From Acidobacteriota bacterium (lineage in GTDB: Bacteria > Acidobacteriota > CAIWXX01): a stretch of DNA of 64,000 nucleotides. How positions within the stretch are numbered: position 1 is the first letter of the stretch; each line of letters begins with the position of its first letter. Made by a program: the position numbers and the translations under genes. The stretch is taken from positions 97,306 through 161,305 of the forward strand of contig JBFMAF010000032.1 of assembly GCA_040755995.1 (NCBI GenBank). The letters are read 5' to 3'. The notes below the pieces were generated by a model. That model was not told where the DNA came from, ran no database searches, and saw only the letters and a list, made by a program, of their open reading frames with translations. Below are positions 26,577 through 36,204 of the stretch, piece by piece.

Positions 26577-27381
26577 CGAATACCAGGAGCATTGGATAGA
26601 TCAGCCCGAACCCCAGCGCCCAGAGGACATTGGACCGGGTCCAAACACTGCGGATGGATTCGTCCGGTTTCTTCCGGAATAGGAGGTTCGGCACGAAACA
26701 TAGCACCTGGAAGATGAGCAGCAGCACCCACTCAATGATCGCGGATTGACGGTTAACGAAATGGATCCGCCAGAATGTGGGCTGCAACCACGAGTTGTAG
26801 ACGTTGGACGCCGTCAGGTACGCGAACGATATCGCCAGCGTCTCCATGGCCAGGTACGGAAGAAGCCTCTTGATCCCCGGGCCGCGACCCTCCTTGGCAG
26901 TCACCTTGACGAGCGCCTGCCTGATCACGCACGAGACCACAGCCCCGCAGAACATCACAATCAGCCAGAAGCCCAGGACCAACAGGGCGAACCCCCAGCC
27001 AGATCCGTGCGCGAGTGCAGCGTCCGGGACGTTCACCACGGCGCCGCCGGCGGCTTCGAGGAAGACATCCGTCTTCGAGACCTCCTCGATGGCGGCCAGT
27101 GCCCGTATCTCGCCGGTCCGGACACGAAGCTGCGACATGCCAACGGCGTCGAAGGTCCCGTAGTCCGACGTGATCGTGAACTGGTGGAAGTACCCCTCTG
27201 TCATGACCTTCTCCGCGACCTGGTAGTGCGCTCCCATGAGGACGGAGGCAGGTAGGAGGGCCGAGGCCATGAAGCTTGGTGCAGACTCGTCTGCTCCGTG
27301 CGCACCGACTGTTGCGGCGAGCGCAATTGCGACGCCCAGAGTCCCGAATCGACCGGCACAGAAGGTTCTACCCTCCATCAT
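26554..27381 (-). CDS. hypothetical protein, apparently a chimera of a secreted-protein N-terminus and a multi-TM C-terminus
   Basis: RBS GGAGGG, signal-peptide-like start, abrupt switch to TM helices near 27027. Confidence 0.5.
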   Translation of the reverse strand: MMEGRTFCAGRFGTLGVAIALAATVGAHGADESAPSFMASALLPASVLMGAHYQVAEKVMTEGYFHQFTITSDYGTFDAVGMSQLRVRTGEIRALAAIEEVSKTDVFLEAAGGAVVNVPDAALAHGSGWGFALLVLGFWLIVMFCGAVVSCVIRQALVKVTAKEGRGPGIKRLLPYLAMETLAISFAYLTASNVYNSWLQPTFWRIHFVNRQSAIIEWVLLLIFQVLCFVPNLLFRKKPDESIRSVWTRSNVLWALGFGLIYPMLLVFVRVFWAL

Positions 27382-27517
27382 ATCGACCCTCCAATATCCT
27401 CTTGCTTCCGGGCCCCTTCTCCACGGATGGCGGGGCCTGTACACGCAGGCAGCACGCCTGGAACGCACCTCCGCCTCGGCGAGGTGCCATGCGGGATGGC
27501 TGGCTGCATCATCTCGT

Positions 27518-27967
27518 CTACGATGGCCTCTGCTTCTCGGCCAGGCAGAGGTTTTCGAAAATGCGGCCGAGAAAAGACTCGAACCGATCGATTTCCTCAT
27601 CGCGGAAACCGCGATAGTACAGTTCCGTCATCTCCTTGGAAACTGCCTCGTACTTGCGCTCGAGGGCCCGGTCCTTCTCCGTTCGCTCGATCAGGATTTG
27701 TCTCCGATCGCGGTTCGAGGGCCGGCGGCGTATGAAGCCCGCCTCCTCGAGCCGGTCGAGCATGCTGGTCAGGGTGGATTTCTCCAAAGACGTCCGCTCT
27801 TTCAGCGTCTGGATGGGGATCCTGTCCTGCTGCCAGAGGGCGAAAAGAATCCGGCCCTGAGCCGGGTTGATCTCGATGCCGGCGTCGCGCAGCATGCCGG
27901 CGAAGATACGACCGGAGACCTGATGGATCTTGGCGATCAGGAATCCGCCTTGACGCAGCTTCCTCAC
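27518..27967 (-). CDS. MarR family transcriptional regulator
   Basis: KSTLTSMLDRLEEAGFI...DRR winged-helix motif. Confidence 0.92.
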   Translation of the reverse strand: MRKLRQGGFLIAKIHQVSGRIFAGMLRDAGIEINPAQGRILFALWQQDRIPIQTLKERTSLEKSTLTSMLDRLEEAGFIRRRPSNRDRRQILIERTEKDRALERKYEAVSKEMTELYYRGFRDEEIDRFESFLGRIFENLCLAEKQRPS

Positions 27968-28443
27968 GATTGCTCCTGCAAGGCGAGGAAGTAGTTCGCG
28001 CTCCCGTTCCAGCCCCGGCCGTAGCGCGGCTCGAAGCGAAGGATCGTGTAGTCGGGGTCCGTGTATCCCGCGGGGTAGTAGATCTCCCAGCCGGGGCGCC
28101 AGAGCGTCCGGCGGAGTGCCGGGTCTTCCTCGATCGTCAGATCGCCGGCCAGCATCAGGCTGAAGTACGTTTCCGGCCGGCAGAAGAACAGGGAAGCCCG
28201 AGAGCAGGCCCTGACGTCCCTGACTTTGGACGAGGAAGTATTCGTGCCCAGGAAGATGCGGAACTCCCCGTCAAGTGTCTGCAGGTACTCCTGAAGCTCC
28301 GGATAGCGCGGCCCGTGCAGGTTGAACATGACGCGCGTCTGGGGATAGGAGTCGGCGCCGATTGTCGTCACGACCACGTCGGGGCAGGAAGCGATCAACT
28401 CCAGGCACGCCCTCTTCATTCCTTCCATGCTTCGTCCTGTCAT
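27964..28443 (-). CDS. pyridoxamine 5'-phosphate oxidase-like / general stress protein 26 family
   Basis: TNTSSSKV, LW...YYPAGYTDPDYTILRFEP; translationally coupled on both sides. Confidence 0.8.
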   Translation of the reverse strand: MTGRSMEGMKRACLELIASCPDVVVTTIGADSYPQTRVMFNLHGPRYPELQEYLQTLDGEFRIFLGTNTSSSKVRDVRACSRASLFFCRPETYFSLMLAGDLTIEEDPALRRTLWRPGWEIYYPAGYTDPDYTILRFEPRYGRGWNGSANYFLALQEQS

Positions 28444-28907
28444 CACTTGACTCCGCACTTGGTCAGCGAGTAGTGGGAATGGATCAGTTTCCATTTGCCG
28501 TCCAGCCGGCAGTAGACCTCCGTCGTGTTCCAACGCTCGGTCTCCTTGCCCGATTCCTCGTAGTCGATCAGGTTGTAGGTGAGGACGGCCACGTCGCCGT
28601 GAGCCTGCACCTTCGGGCCGATCATCTCGTAGCGGAAGACACGGAAGGTGTCCTTGAACGGTGCTAGCAACTTCTCCAAAGCCTCGGCTCCGTCCAGGCG
28701 TTTGTCCAACTCGGGCTCGAAATAGGTGACTTCCGGGGCGGCGGCTTCGATGAAGCTGTAGGTGTCGCCGGTGCCCCAGCGGTCGAGCATGGCCTTTTCC
28801 AGGGCCACGATCTCTTCCGTCGGATCGTCCGCCGGTTCGGCGTCCGGAGCCGCGCCGAGCAGTAGAAAGGTCGAGGTCATCGTCAACAAGAGCGGTGCGA
28901 TCGTCAT
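28443..28907 (-). CDS. NTF2/SnoaL-like (DUF4440) secreted protein
   Basis: GDVAVLTYN...WNTTEVY...WKLIHSHYS. Confidence 0.85.
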   Translation of the reverse strand: MTIAPLLLTMTSTFLLLGAAPDAEPADDPTEEIVALEKAMLDRWGTGDTYSFIEAAAPEVTYFEPELDKRLDGAEALEKLLAPFKDTFRVFRYEMIGPKVQAHGDVAVLTYNLIDYEESGKETERWNTTEVYCRLDGKWKLIHSHYSLTKCGVK

Positions 28908-29123
28908 GGTGTCCTCCTCATCAGTTCCATGTCGTACAGTACTACATGGTACTATCGGACATCGGCTTTGTCAAGACCGGTTGACCGGCTGAATCGGAAG
29001 GGAAGGGGCCGCCTGGCCCGGTCGAACTGGTACATTTGCCTCCCGGCTCGGTCTAAAGCGGTTGCAGCCGGCAGAGCTTGGTCGGATTCCGCCGGCGGCT
29101 CAATCTGAAGCAGGAGCAAAGGA

Positions 29124-31034
29124 ATGAAGGCAGTGATTGGAGCCATCCTTCTCGTTGGGATGTGCGCTGCGGATGCCTGGGCGGCCGCGACCTGGAACAG
29201 CATCGGCCCAGAGGGTGGCGTGATCGGGAACATGGCGATTGACCCGTCGGACCCTGCTCGGGTCTACGCCGTCAACGGCGCCGGCGGGATTTTCCGGAGC
29301 ACCGACGCGGGAGCGACGTGGCGGGCGATGAATATGGGACTGGCCTCGCAGTATGTCTACGCAGTCGCAATTGACCCGACCGCACCGGAGACCCTCTATG
29401 CCGGTGCCTACCCGGGGGGCCTCCACAAGAGCGTGAACGGTGGTGCGAGCTGGAAGCCGATGAAGAACGGTCTGACGAGCAGTGACGTCAGTTGCGTGGC
29501 CGTGGATCCGGTCGCGCCCGACATCGTCTACGCTGGTACTTACGGAGATGGAGCGTTCAAGAGCACCAACGGCGGTGCGACTTGGTCGGCCATCAACAAC
29601 GGCCTGACCGACCTGGACCTCGTCGCCATTCTGGTCGATCCCACAACGCCGAGCACGATCCACGCCGCCGGGTGGAGCACCGGCGTCTTCAAGAGCACCA
29701 ATGGCGGGGCGAGCTGGAGCGCTTCGGCGGTCGGAGGCAGCGGGGGCCTGGAGTTCCTCGCCATCGCACCGAGCTCACCCGCGACGCTCTACGCTGTCGC
29801 CCGATCGGGCGTCTACAAGAGCACGAACTCGGGGACGAGCTGGACCGCAAGCGGGCTGACCACCCAGGACCCGCGGACGCTCGCGGTCGATCCCACGACC
29901 CCGAACATTGTCTACGCGGGGACATACGGCAACGGCGTCTACAAGAGCACGGATGGCGGTAAGAGCTGGAAGTCGGCGAATCAGAGCCTGGGCAACAAGT
30001 TGATCGGAGCGATCGTCGTGGATCCCGGCAATCCAGCGACGCTCTATCTAGGCTCGCACGGAGGCGTGTTCAAGAGTGTCAGCGCCGGAGGTAAGTGGGC
30101 CGCCAGCAACACAGGCCTGGATGGCACACACGCTCTGTCATTGGTTCGTGACCCGGCATCGCCAGAGACTATCTACGTGGGGACTGATGGAGGCGGCCTG
30201 CTGAAGAGCACCACCGGAGGCACGAGCTGGGATCTCCTCCGGAAGGGGTTGATCGATTTCTTCGCCGGATTCGTTGCGTCGTTGGCGATCGACCCCTCGA
30301 ATCCGGACACAGCCTTCGCGGGCACATACACGGGGATCTACAAGACCACCAACGGTGGTGGGACCTGGAAGGCCGCGAACCGTGGTCTGAAGAGCGGTGG
30401 GCCGCTCGTGTTCGCCTTAGCCATCGATCCAACAGCCCCGGACATTGTCTTCGCCGGCATCGCCGGCGACGGCGTCTACAAGACCACGAACGGAGGGGTC
30501 AACTGGGTCGCCGTGAACAACGGCCTGAACGATCCGGACACCAGCAGGAATGTGCGGGCGCTGGCGATCGATCCTCACGACCCGACGACGCTCTACGTTG
30601 CAACATACGGGGGACTCTTCCGAAGCACCAACGGCGGCGATAGCTGGGCCATCGTGAAGGCCGGGATCAGCACGGGCTACGTCTGGACTGTCGCGATCGA
30701 TCCTGTGAATCCGAAGAACGTCTTCGCCGGCAAGGGTGACGGCGTATTCAGGAGCAGCAACGGAGGGGTGAGCTGGAAGGCGATGAACTCGGGCCTGAGC
30801 GGGAAGGCTCGCAGCATCGCCGGCCTGGCGATCGACGTATCGAACCCCGCCGTTGTCTACGCGGGCACGGTGGATTCGGGCGTGTACAGGACCACCAATG
30901 GCGGCGGGAACTGGAAGGCCATGAACCAGGGACTCACGAACAAGCTGGTTCGAGCGATCGTAGCATCGGCGACGGGCGAGGTCTTCGTCGCGACCGACGG
31001 CGGCGGCGTCTTCGCCGCCACACCGGAGGACTGA
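29124..31034 (+). CDS. secreted BNR/Asp-box repeat beta-propeller protein (VPS10/glycosyl hydrolase-like)
   Basis: Many S/T-T-N-G-G-x-x-W and AIDP...YAGT repeats; signal peptide. Confidence 0.9.
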   Translation: MKAVIGAILLVGMCAADAWAAATWNSIGPEGGVIGNMAIDPSDPARVYAVNGAGGIFRSTDAGATWRAMNMGLASQYVYAVAIDPTAPETLYAGAYPGGLHKSVNGGASWKPMKNGLTSSDVSCVAVDPVAPDIVYAGTYGDGAFKSTNGGATWSAINNGLTDLDLVAILVDPTTPSTIHAAGWSTGVFKSTNGGASWSASAVGGSGGLEFLAIAPSSPATLYAVARSGVYKSTNSGTSWTASGLTTQDPRTLAVDPTTPNIVYAGTYGNGVYKSTDGGKSWKSANQSLGNKLIGAIVVDPGNPATLYLGSHGGVFKSVSAGGKWAASNTGLDGTHALSLVRDPASPETIYVGTDGGGLLKSTTGGTSWDLLRKGLIDFFAGFVASLAIDPSNPDTAFAGTYTGIYKTTNGGGTWKAANRGLKSGGPLVFALAIDPTAPDIVFAGIAGDGVYKTTNGGVNWVAVNNGLNDPDTSRNVRALAIDPHDPTTLYVATYGGLFRSTNGGDSWAIVKAGISTGYVWTVAIDPVNPKNVFAGKGDGVFRSSNGGVSWKAMNSGLSGKARSIAGLAIDVSNPAVVYAGTVDSGVYRTTNGGGNWKAMNQGLTNKLVRAIVASATGEVFVATDGGGVFAATPED

Positions 31035-31157
31035 GCGTGGCCGACAGCGCCTTCGCCAAGGGTGGCATGTGCTTGCCTTTCTGTAGTAGCCTTGCACCTT
31101 GAGACCTGTTCGCCACAGCGGACGTTCTGCGGCACCTCCTTGCGGACCATTCACTCG

Positions 31158-31424
31158 ATGGTGAGACAGATGAAGAGACTGAGAAGTGATCTGTGCGAGT
31201 TCTGCGAAGGGGAGATCGAGAAGCGCGTTGTGCGCACCAGGTTTCACTACGAGAAGCAGACGATCTATGTCGACGGGGTGCCTGTCTGGATGTGCCCAAG
31301 GTGTGGTGAGCATTACTACGATGCCGCGGTCTACAAGAGGCTCGAGGAAATAGCGAGGAATCGAAGGCAGATAAGGCGGACCGTGCGCTTCCCTCTCGCT
31401 GACTACGGCAAGGCAATCGCGTGA
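31158..31424 (+). CDS. YgiT-type zinc finger protein (MqsA-like antitoxin domain)
   Basis: CEFC...VPVWMCPRCGEHYY. Confidence 0.8.
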   Translation: MVRQMKRLRSDLCEFCEGEIEKRVVRTRFHYEKQTIYVDGVPVWMCPRCGEHYYDAAVYKRLEEIARNRRQIRRTVRFPLADYGKAIA

Positions 31425-31466
31425 GCGCCGTCCGCTTGAAATACAATACACGCGAGGGACGAAACG

Positions 31467-31739
31467 ATGCCGCATACGGTAACGATCTCCGATTCGGTGT
31501 ACGCCCTCCTCGGACGTGAGGCCCGGCGGACCAAGCGCTCGCTCAACGACCGGGCAGACCATCTCTTGGCGGAGCAATTGGGCCTGAAACAACCAGATTG
31601 GCGAAGGGAGTTTGAGAACCTGCTGACCCGTGTCCACGACCGGATGACCGCCTTCCGCCCTTCCGTGATCGAGGCCGAGATCTCCGCGGCGGCAGACGAG
31701 GTCAAAGCCGAGCACCGTGCCCGCCGTCGTTCTCGTTGA
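31467..31739 (+). CDS. putative ribbon-helix-helix antitoxin
   Basis: TVTISDSVYALL...ARR..RSLN; overlaps a PIN-like remnant. Confidence 0.6.
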   Translation: MPHTVTISDSVYALLGREARRTKRSLNDRADHLLAEQLGLKQPDWRREFENLLTRVHDRMTAFRPSVIEAEISAAADEVKAEHRARRRSR

Positions 31740-31785
31740 TACGGACGTCCGGGTATCGCCCTCTATCAACCCGCCCGCGCCATGA
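31717..31785 (+). pseudogene. remnant of a PIN-domain toxin N-terminus
   Basis: GTG start, MPAVVLVDTDVRVSPSINP then stop; resembles the V-x-D-T-N-V-x-V-S start of PIN toxins. Confidence 0.45.
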
Positions 31786-31867
31786 GAGGGGAGATGCACC
31801 TGCACCTGCCGGCATCGCTTGCCGCTGGAGCGCCCTTCGTGCTACAGGTTTGTAGGCCGGAGAACGC

Positions 31868-32596
31868 ATGTTGTCCAAGAGAGCGCGTCTTTCAATCCTC
31901 GCCGCCGGCGTTCTGAGCGGCCTGCTCGCCATTACGCTCTGGTTCGGCAACACAGCTCTCATCGCTCTGGAGAGTTCGGCGCCCAGCCGGAGCACGGGCA
32001 CGCCCGCCCATGGAGCACTCGAGCACGGCAGACACCTCCCGTCCGCCGGCCCCAATTTCCGGGCCTATTCGCGGCTCGGCGCCTTGCTCGGCCGCAATAG
32101 TGTTCACGCGGTTGTGCGGATTGTCGTGCTGGATGCATACGCGGGCCTGGCCGCCCAACGCCCCGACCTCACCTTCGTCTATGGCGAGACCGGATGGCCC
32201 CATGGGGGCCCTTTTCCACCTCACAAGACGCACCAGAATGGGCTGTCCGTGGATTTCATGGTGCCAGTGCGCGACGGAAACGACCGGCCCGTTCCTCTCC
32301 CTACCTTTCCCTGGACGCGGTTCGGGTATGACCTCAACTTCGACGAGAAAGGGCGCCTCGGGGACCTGCGTATCGACTTCGAGGCGATGGGCGAGCACCT
32401 GGCCGCCTTGGACGCCGCCGCCCGAGCCCATGGCACTCGCATCGAGCTCTTCATCCTGGCGCCCGAGCTGCAACCGTTCCTTTGGCAGACGCCGGCCGGC
32501 CGGGCGCTCCAAGGCCGCTTCCCCGTCATGATGACGCCCGCCTGGGTCCGCCACGACGAGCACTATCACGTCGACTTCGCCAACCCGGACGGTTGA
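31868..32596 (+). CDS. penicillin-insensitive murein endopeptidase (MepA-like)
   Basis: HKTHQNGLSVDF and RHDEHYHV LAS-type motifs; N-terminal TM. Confidence 0.8.
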   Translation: MLSKRARLSILAAGVLSGLLAITLWFGNTALIALESSAPSRSTGTPAHGALEHGRHLPSAGPNFRAYSRLGALLGRNSVHAVVRIVVLDAYAGLAAQRPDLTFVYGETGWPHGGPFPPHKTHQNGLSVDFMVPVRDGNDRPVPLPTFPWTRFGYDLNFDEKGRLGDLRIDFEAMGEHLAALDAAARAHGTRIELFILAPELQPFLWQTPAGRALQGRFPVMMTPAWVRHDEHYHVDFANPDG

Positions 32597-32682
32597 GCAG
32601 CCGTCTCGGCATCGATCGCCGGGACCGATGCCGAGTGACTTCGGGTAGCCGAGCAACGACCTCCTTGCACCGTTACTACGGG

Positions 32683-33204
32683 CTACGCTCTTCGACGATG
32701 CGTCGCATCTGCGATGATCCGCAACATCAGCTCTCGAAAAGACCTGGCGAGCTCGGCGACCTCTCGAAGCCGATGGTGACAAAGGATCTGCTCATGATCG
32801 AGCTGGACGACACGACAGTCTCCACCTTTGCGACGACTCCGTAGATCAAAACAGACCGGATCGTAGTTTGTGCCTGATCCCTTGCTGAACTGGATGAAGC
32901 CGCCGGGAACCAAGCACTCTACCAGGGCTTTGTCGCGGAACATCTCCTCGGCCAGCCCTGCGAAATCGGAACCACCAGGATTGGCGAGCAGCCTGAAGTG
33001 TCCAAGCTCGACTTCTTCTTCCCACCGGTATGACAAGATCAGCTGCTCATACAGCGGCGGGAAACGCCCGGGCAAGCGGGCGTACAAAGGCGACAGCCAC
33101 GACCGCTCGGAGGCAACGTGTGGCGCATGAACTTGCCCAAGAAGAGGGAACATGTTGACGAAATCCGTGACCAACTGCACCTCTCGAATCTTTCGCCTAG
33201 TCAC
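32683..33204 (-). CDS. SMI1/KNR4-like hypothetical protein, possibly 5'-truncated
   Basis: YDPVCFD...VVQLDHEQI...LARSFRELM pattern. Confidence 0.55.
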   Translation of the reverse strand: MTRRKIREVQLVTDFVNMFPLLGQVHAPHVASERSWLSPLYARLPGRFPPLYEQLILSYRWEEEVELGHFRLLANPGGSDFAGLAEEMFRDKALVECLVPGGFIQFSKGSGTNYDPVCFDLRSRRKGGDCRVVQLDHEQILCHHRLREVAELARSFRELMLRIIADATHRRRA

Positions 33205-33257
33205 GATCGAGGGATACCCCCACCAGCTTTCCGACTTTAGCGCCGAATCCCGTGTCC

Positions 33258-33656
33258 TCAGTCATCGTAGACTGGCTGTTCGAACTCCTGTCCGTCCATC
33301 TCGTAGAGGAGTGCGGTTCCCCGCGGGGCCTGAAGGCGGGCCAGCTCGCGCCGCAGCAATGCGAGACCTTCAACTGGCTCGTAGATGTCTATGTCTATGC
33401 CGCAGAACACGATCCGGCGTCGGCCCTCCTCGTCAGGATCGGATAGCTGCGACCCGCCCCCGGTGATCTCACCCAGACCTGCTCTCTCCAGCGATTCCTG
33501 AAGCGGGTCTTCGAACCTCGCGCCTCGATCAAGGGGCTCTATGTGCGCCGGCAATCTCACGTAGACGAAGAGTGGGTTTGTGCGTCCCATCGGAGGGCTG
33601 ACTCCGCAGGGCCTGGGGATCCCCAACCAGCCCTTGAGATCCTTTAAGAAGCCCAT
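33258..33656 (-). CDS. conserved hypothetical protein (immunity-like)
   Basis: IEPLDRGARFEDPL...LGEITGGGSQL...CGIDI; RBS GGAG. Confidence 0.65.
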   Translation of the reverse strand: MGFLKDLKGWLGIPRPCGVSPPMGRTNPLFVYVRLPAHIEPLDRGARFEDPLQESLERAGLGEITGGGSQLSDPDEEGRRRIVFCGIDIDIYEPVEGLALLRRELARLQAPRGTALLYEMDGQEFEQPVYDD

Positions 33657-33929
33657 TCTTCACTCCGAGCCACGGTACGTCGAACAGTGCCCGCGCCCCA
33701 ATACCAGACCACGCAATAGCCCTCCCAGAGAGCCTAGAACATCGTCTTGGGAGGTGCAACTGCGAAATCGTCGCACCGTCGAGTCAGGGCGCGGCCTGAC
33801 AGCCTGAAAGCCCGATGGCGATCCTGCCCCTTGAGGCGTCGTTCGAATCCAGGCTAGACTCCGGGATGATGCCTCGTTACCCGTCCCGCTCGCCGACGGA
33901 GCGATGGCCTGCCGATTCTTCCATCGAGA

Positions 33930-34895
33930 ATGGCGGGAGCACGCTGGAGCGCCATCGCTGTATGGATGGCGGTGGCGCTCGTCTGCAGTTCCAGCCGGCC
34001 CGCAGCGACGGCCGAGCCTGGCACGGACTGGACGGGACGCTACCGGGCCGGGGAGTCGGCGCCGCCGGCGATGTTCATGGATTACACGATCGACGTCTTC
34101 CGGGACCGAGAGGGTGTGTGCCGCGCGCTCGTCGCTGCCGACGGCTACATGACCTACCGCAGGCTCGTCGCGCGTGGCGAGGCGGACGGCAGCGTCCTGC
34201 GCCTCCGCTTCGTGCGCTTTCGCTCCGATGACATGCTCCACGCCTCCACCGGGTATCAGACCGACGACGAGCTCCTGGTGATCGAGCGGCGCGACGACGG
34301 AGCGTTCCGGCTCCGGTTCGGACCGGGAGGCTCCTCTCTGAACAACGGGAGGACCTTCGATGCCACACGGCTTCCCATACCTTCGTGGGGTGGGCGATAC
34401 TCGTTCCGGCATTGTGAGGGCGAGGGCTCTGGCGCAACCGCCCGATGCTGGAGCTACGCCATCGAAGTATCCCTCGGCGAAGAGGGTTGGTCGGGGAGCA
34501 TCCGTACCGAGTGCCCCGACCGAAGCGAGACGCTCACGGCGCGCGGAGAGGAGGGCGAGGAGGCGTCGCTCGGAAAGTACCTCGCGCTCTATCGCACGAG
34601 CGCCGATGGCGGCTCCTCGACGATCGACGTCGAGCTGTTGAGGCTGGTCAAGAGTCGCGACGGCTCAGTCCAGCTCGTGTTCCGCGGACTGGCAGGACCT
34701 CCGGGCTTCTCAGAGGCCGAGGCAACCATCGAGCGGCCCGAGGGAGAGCAGAGCCGCGAACGCGGTCGACCAGGCTTCACGTCGCCTCCTGAAGTGGCGG
34801 AATGTTCTTCGCCCCTTGGGCCTCGATGGCCGGCAAGCACCCGCAGGGATGTCCCAACCATGCCGCTCGGATGTCGGGCTTCCGAGCTACTCTGA
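33930..34895 (+). CDS. exported hypothetical protein with two WxGRY-starting domains
   Basis: Signal-like N-terminus; WTGRY and WGGRY repeats; C-terminal tail may be spurious. Confidence 0.55.
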   Translation: MAGARWSAIAVWMAVALVCSSSRPAATAEPGTDWTGRYRAGESAPPAMFMDYTIDVFRDREGVCRALVAADGYMTYRRLVARGEADGSVLRLRFVRFRSDDMLHASTGYQTDDELLVIERRDDGAFRLRFGPGGSSLNNGRTFDATRLPIPSWGGRYSFRHCEGEGSGATARCWSYAIEVSLGEEGWSGSIRTECPDRSETLTARGEEGEEASLGKYLALYRTSADGGSSTIDVELLRLVKSRDGSVQLVFRGLAGPPGFSEAEATIERPEGEQSRERGRPGFTSPPEVAECSSPLGPRWPASTRRDVPTMPLGCRASELL

Positions 34896-35055
34896 AGACT
34901 TTTCGGTCTCAGAGCTTCCGAGTAGAATGCAGAGCTGGACGCATCGAGGAAATCCTCCGGTAACCGAAGGGAGAACACTGGAATTCAGGCGCGAATTGCC
35001 CTTCGAGCTCCTGAGTCGAGAAGTGTGCACGTTGGAGAATCGTCCGCAAGTCGCC

Positions 35056-35084
35056 TTGACAACCACGATCGACGCTCCTAGACT
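35056..35084 (+). promoter_or_regulatory. sigma70-like promoter of the PIN TA pair
   Basis: TTGACA-17 bp-TAGACT. Confidence 0.6.
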
Positions 35085-35115
35085 CGACATGTGATTTCCT
35101 CGCGGGAGGCAGAAG

Positions 35116-35607
35116 GTGATGAACGCGCGTCAGCGGCTGTACTTGGACACATCTGTCCCAAGTGCGTACTTCGACTACTCGAAGCCCGTGAGGCAGTTGA
35201 TCACGCAGAAGTGGTTTGAGAACGAGGCGGGGCTCTTTCAGCTGTACATGTCGGTGATCACGGTAGAGGAAATCGAGAGATTGCAGAATCCGCTGAGGAG
35301 GGAGAACATCCGGGGGCTCCTGCTGGACCATCATGTGGATGTGCTCCAGGTGGATATGGAGGCGAGGGATCTGGCAGAGGAGTATGTCCGGCTGGGAGCC
35401 ATTCCACAGTCAGAACCAGAAGACGCTCTACATGTCGCGATCGCGTCGGTGAGCGGGATGGAAGGCTTCGCCTCGTGGAACTTCAAGCACATTGTGAGCG
35501 CCAATCCGATCCGAAAAGTCCACGAGATCAACAAGAAACGCAACCTTCCGCTGATCGAGATAGGCAGTATCGAGATTTTCGGGGGTTCGAAGTATGGCAA
35601 TCTGTGA
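35116..35607 (+). CDS. PIN domain toxin (VapC-like)
   Basis: LYLDTSV, EEI, EDALHVAIA, SWNFKHIV. Confidence 0.88.
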   Translation: MMNARQRLYLDTSVPSAYFDYSKPVRQLITQKWFENEAGLFQLYMSVITVEEIERLQNPLRRENIRGLLLDHHVDVLQVDMEARDLAEEYVRLGAIPQSEPEDALHVAIASVSGMEGFASWNFKHIVSANPIRKVHEINKKRNLPLIEIGSIEIFGGSKYGNL

Positions 35608-35779
35608 GAACGACTATCGCAGAAACGAGGACGAATCACAGTGGGAGATCCACGAGATCCGACGTGCCCTTTCAGAGGACTTTGAGGGCAAGACCGTGGA
35701 TCAGATCAACAGGGAGGCGATGCAGAAGTACCTGGCCTGGAAAGAACGCTCGGTCATCGCCAAGCCCGAAGGGGGATAG
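35594..35779 (+). CDS. putative antitoxin downstream of the PIN toxin
   Basis: 61 aa, overlaps the toxin stop, WEIHEIRR motif. Confidence 0.55.
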   Translation: MAICENDYRRNEDESQWEIHEIRRALSEDFEGKTVDQINREAMQKYLAWKERSVIAKPEGG

Positions 35780-36204
35780 CGGTCGAATAGTGTCGCCCGC
35801 CGCGGTTCCGCCACCCGAGCACCTCTCGCCTGTACGTGCTTGACTTCGTCGGGGGACCACCCGGTTTCTGGATTGCCTTCCAGGAAACCGGCGTCATGAA
35901 TGCTCCGTTCGCGGCCGCACTCGCGCTGCTCGCGTTGGCAGGCTGGTATGCGGCTGACGTCATATCACGAGGTCTGGGCCCGAAGGGTGGGGTTTCAACG
36001 GGCGCGCTGCAACGGTAGGAAGTCAGCAGCGTCCGCTCCCGCGAAGACGCGGGCGACCCCCGCATGCTATGCCGAACGTTGGGCGGATCTCCTGCGGCAT
36101 AGGGACTGGCGTTCCTTATCGATATCAGTCAAGCACTGAGCCTCGACGCCAATCCTCATTCCGCCTCGCACATCAGGGACCGTGACACCGTCATGAGCGT
36201 CGGC

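Noticed and set aside
29124..31034. Internal DNA repetitiveness as a repeat element
   Set aside because: Fully explained by BNR/Asp-box protein repeats
31868..32596. Possible replication initiation protein
   Set aside because: The motifs are those of a MepA-like LAS metallopeptidase with an N-terminal TM
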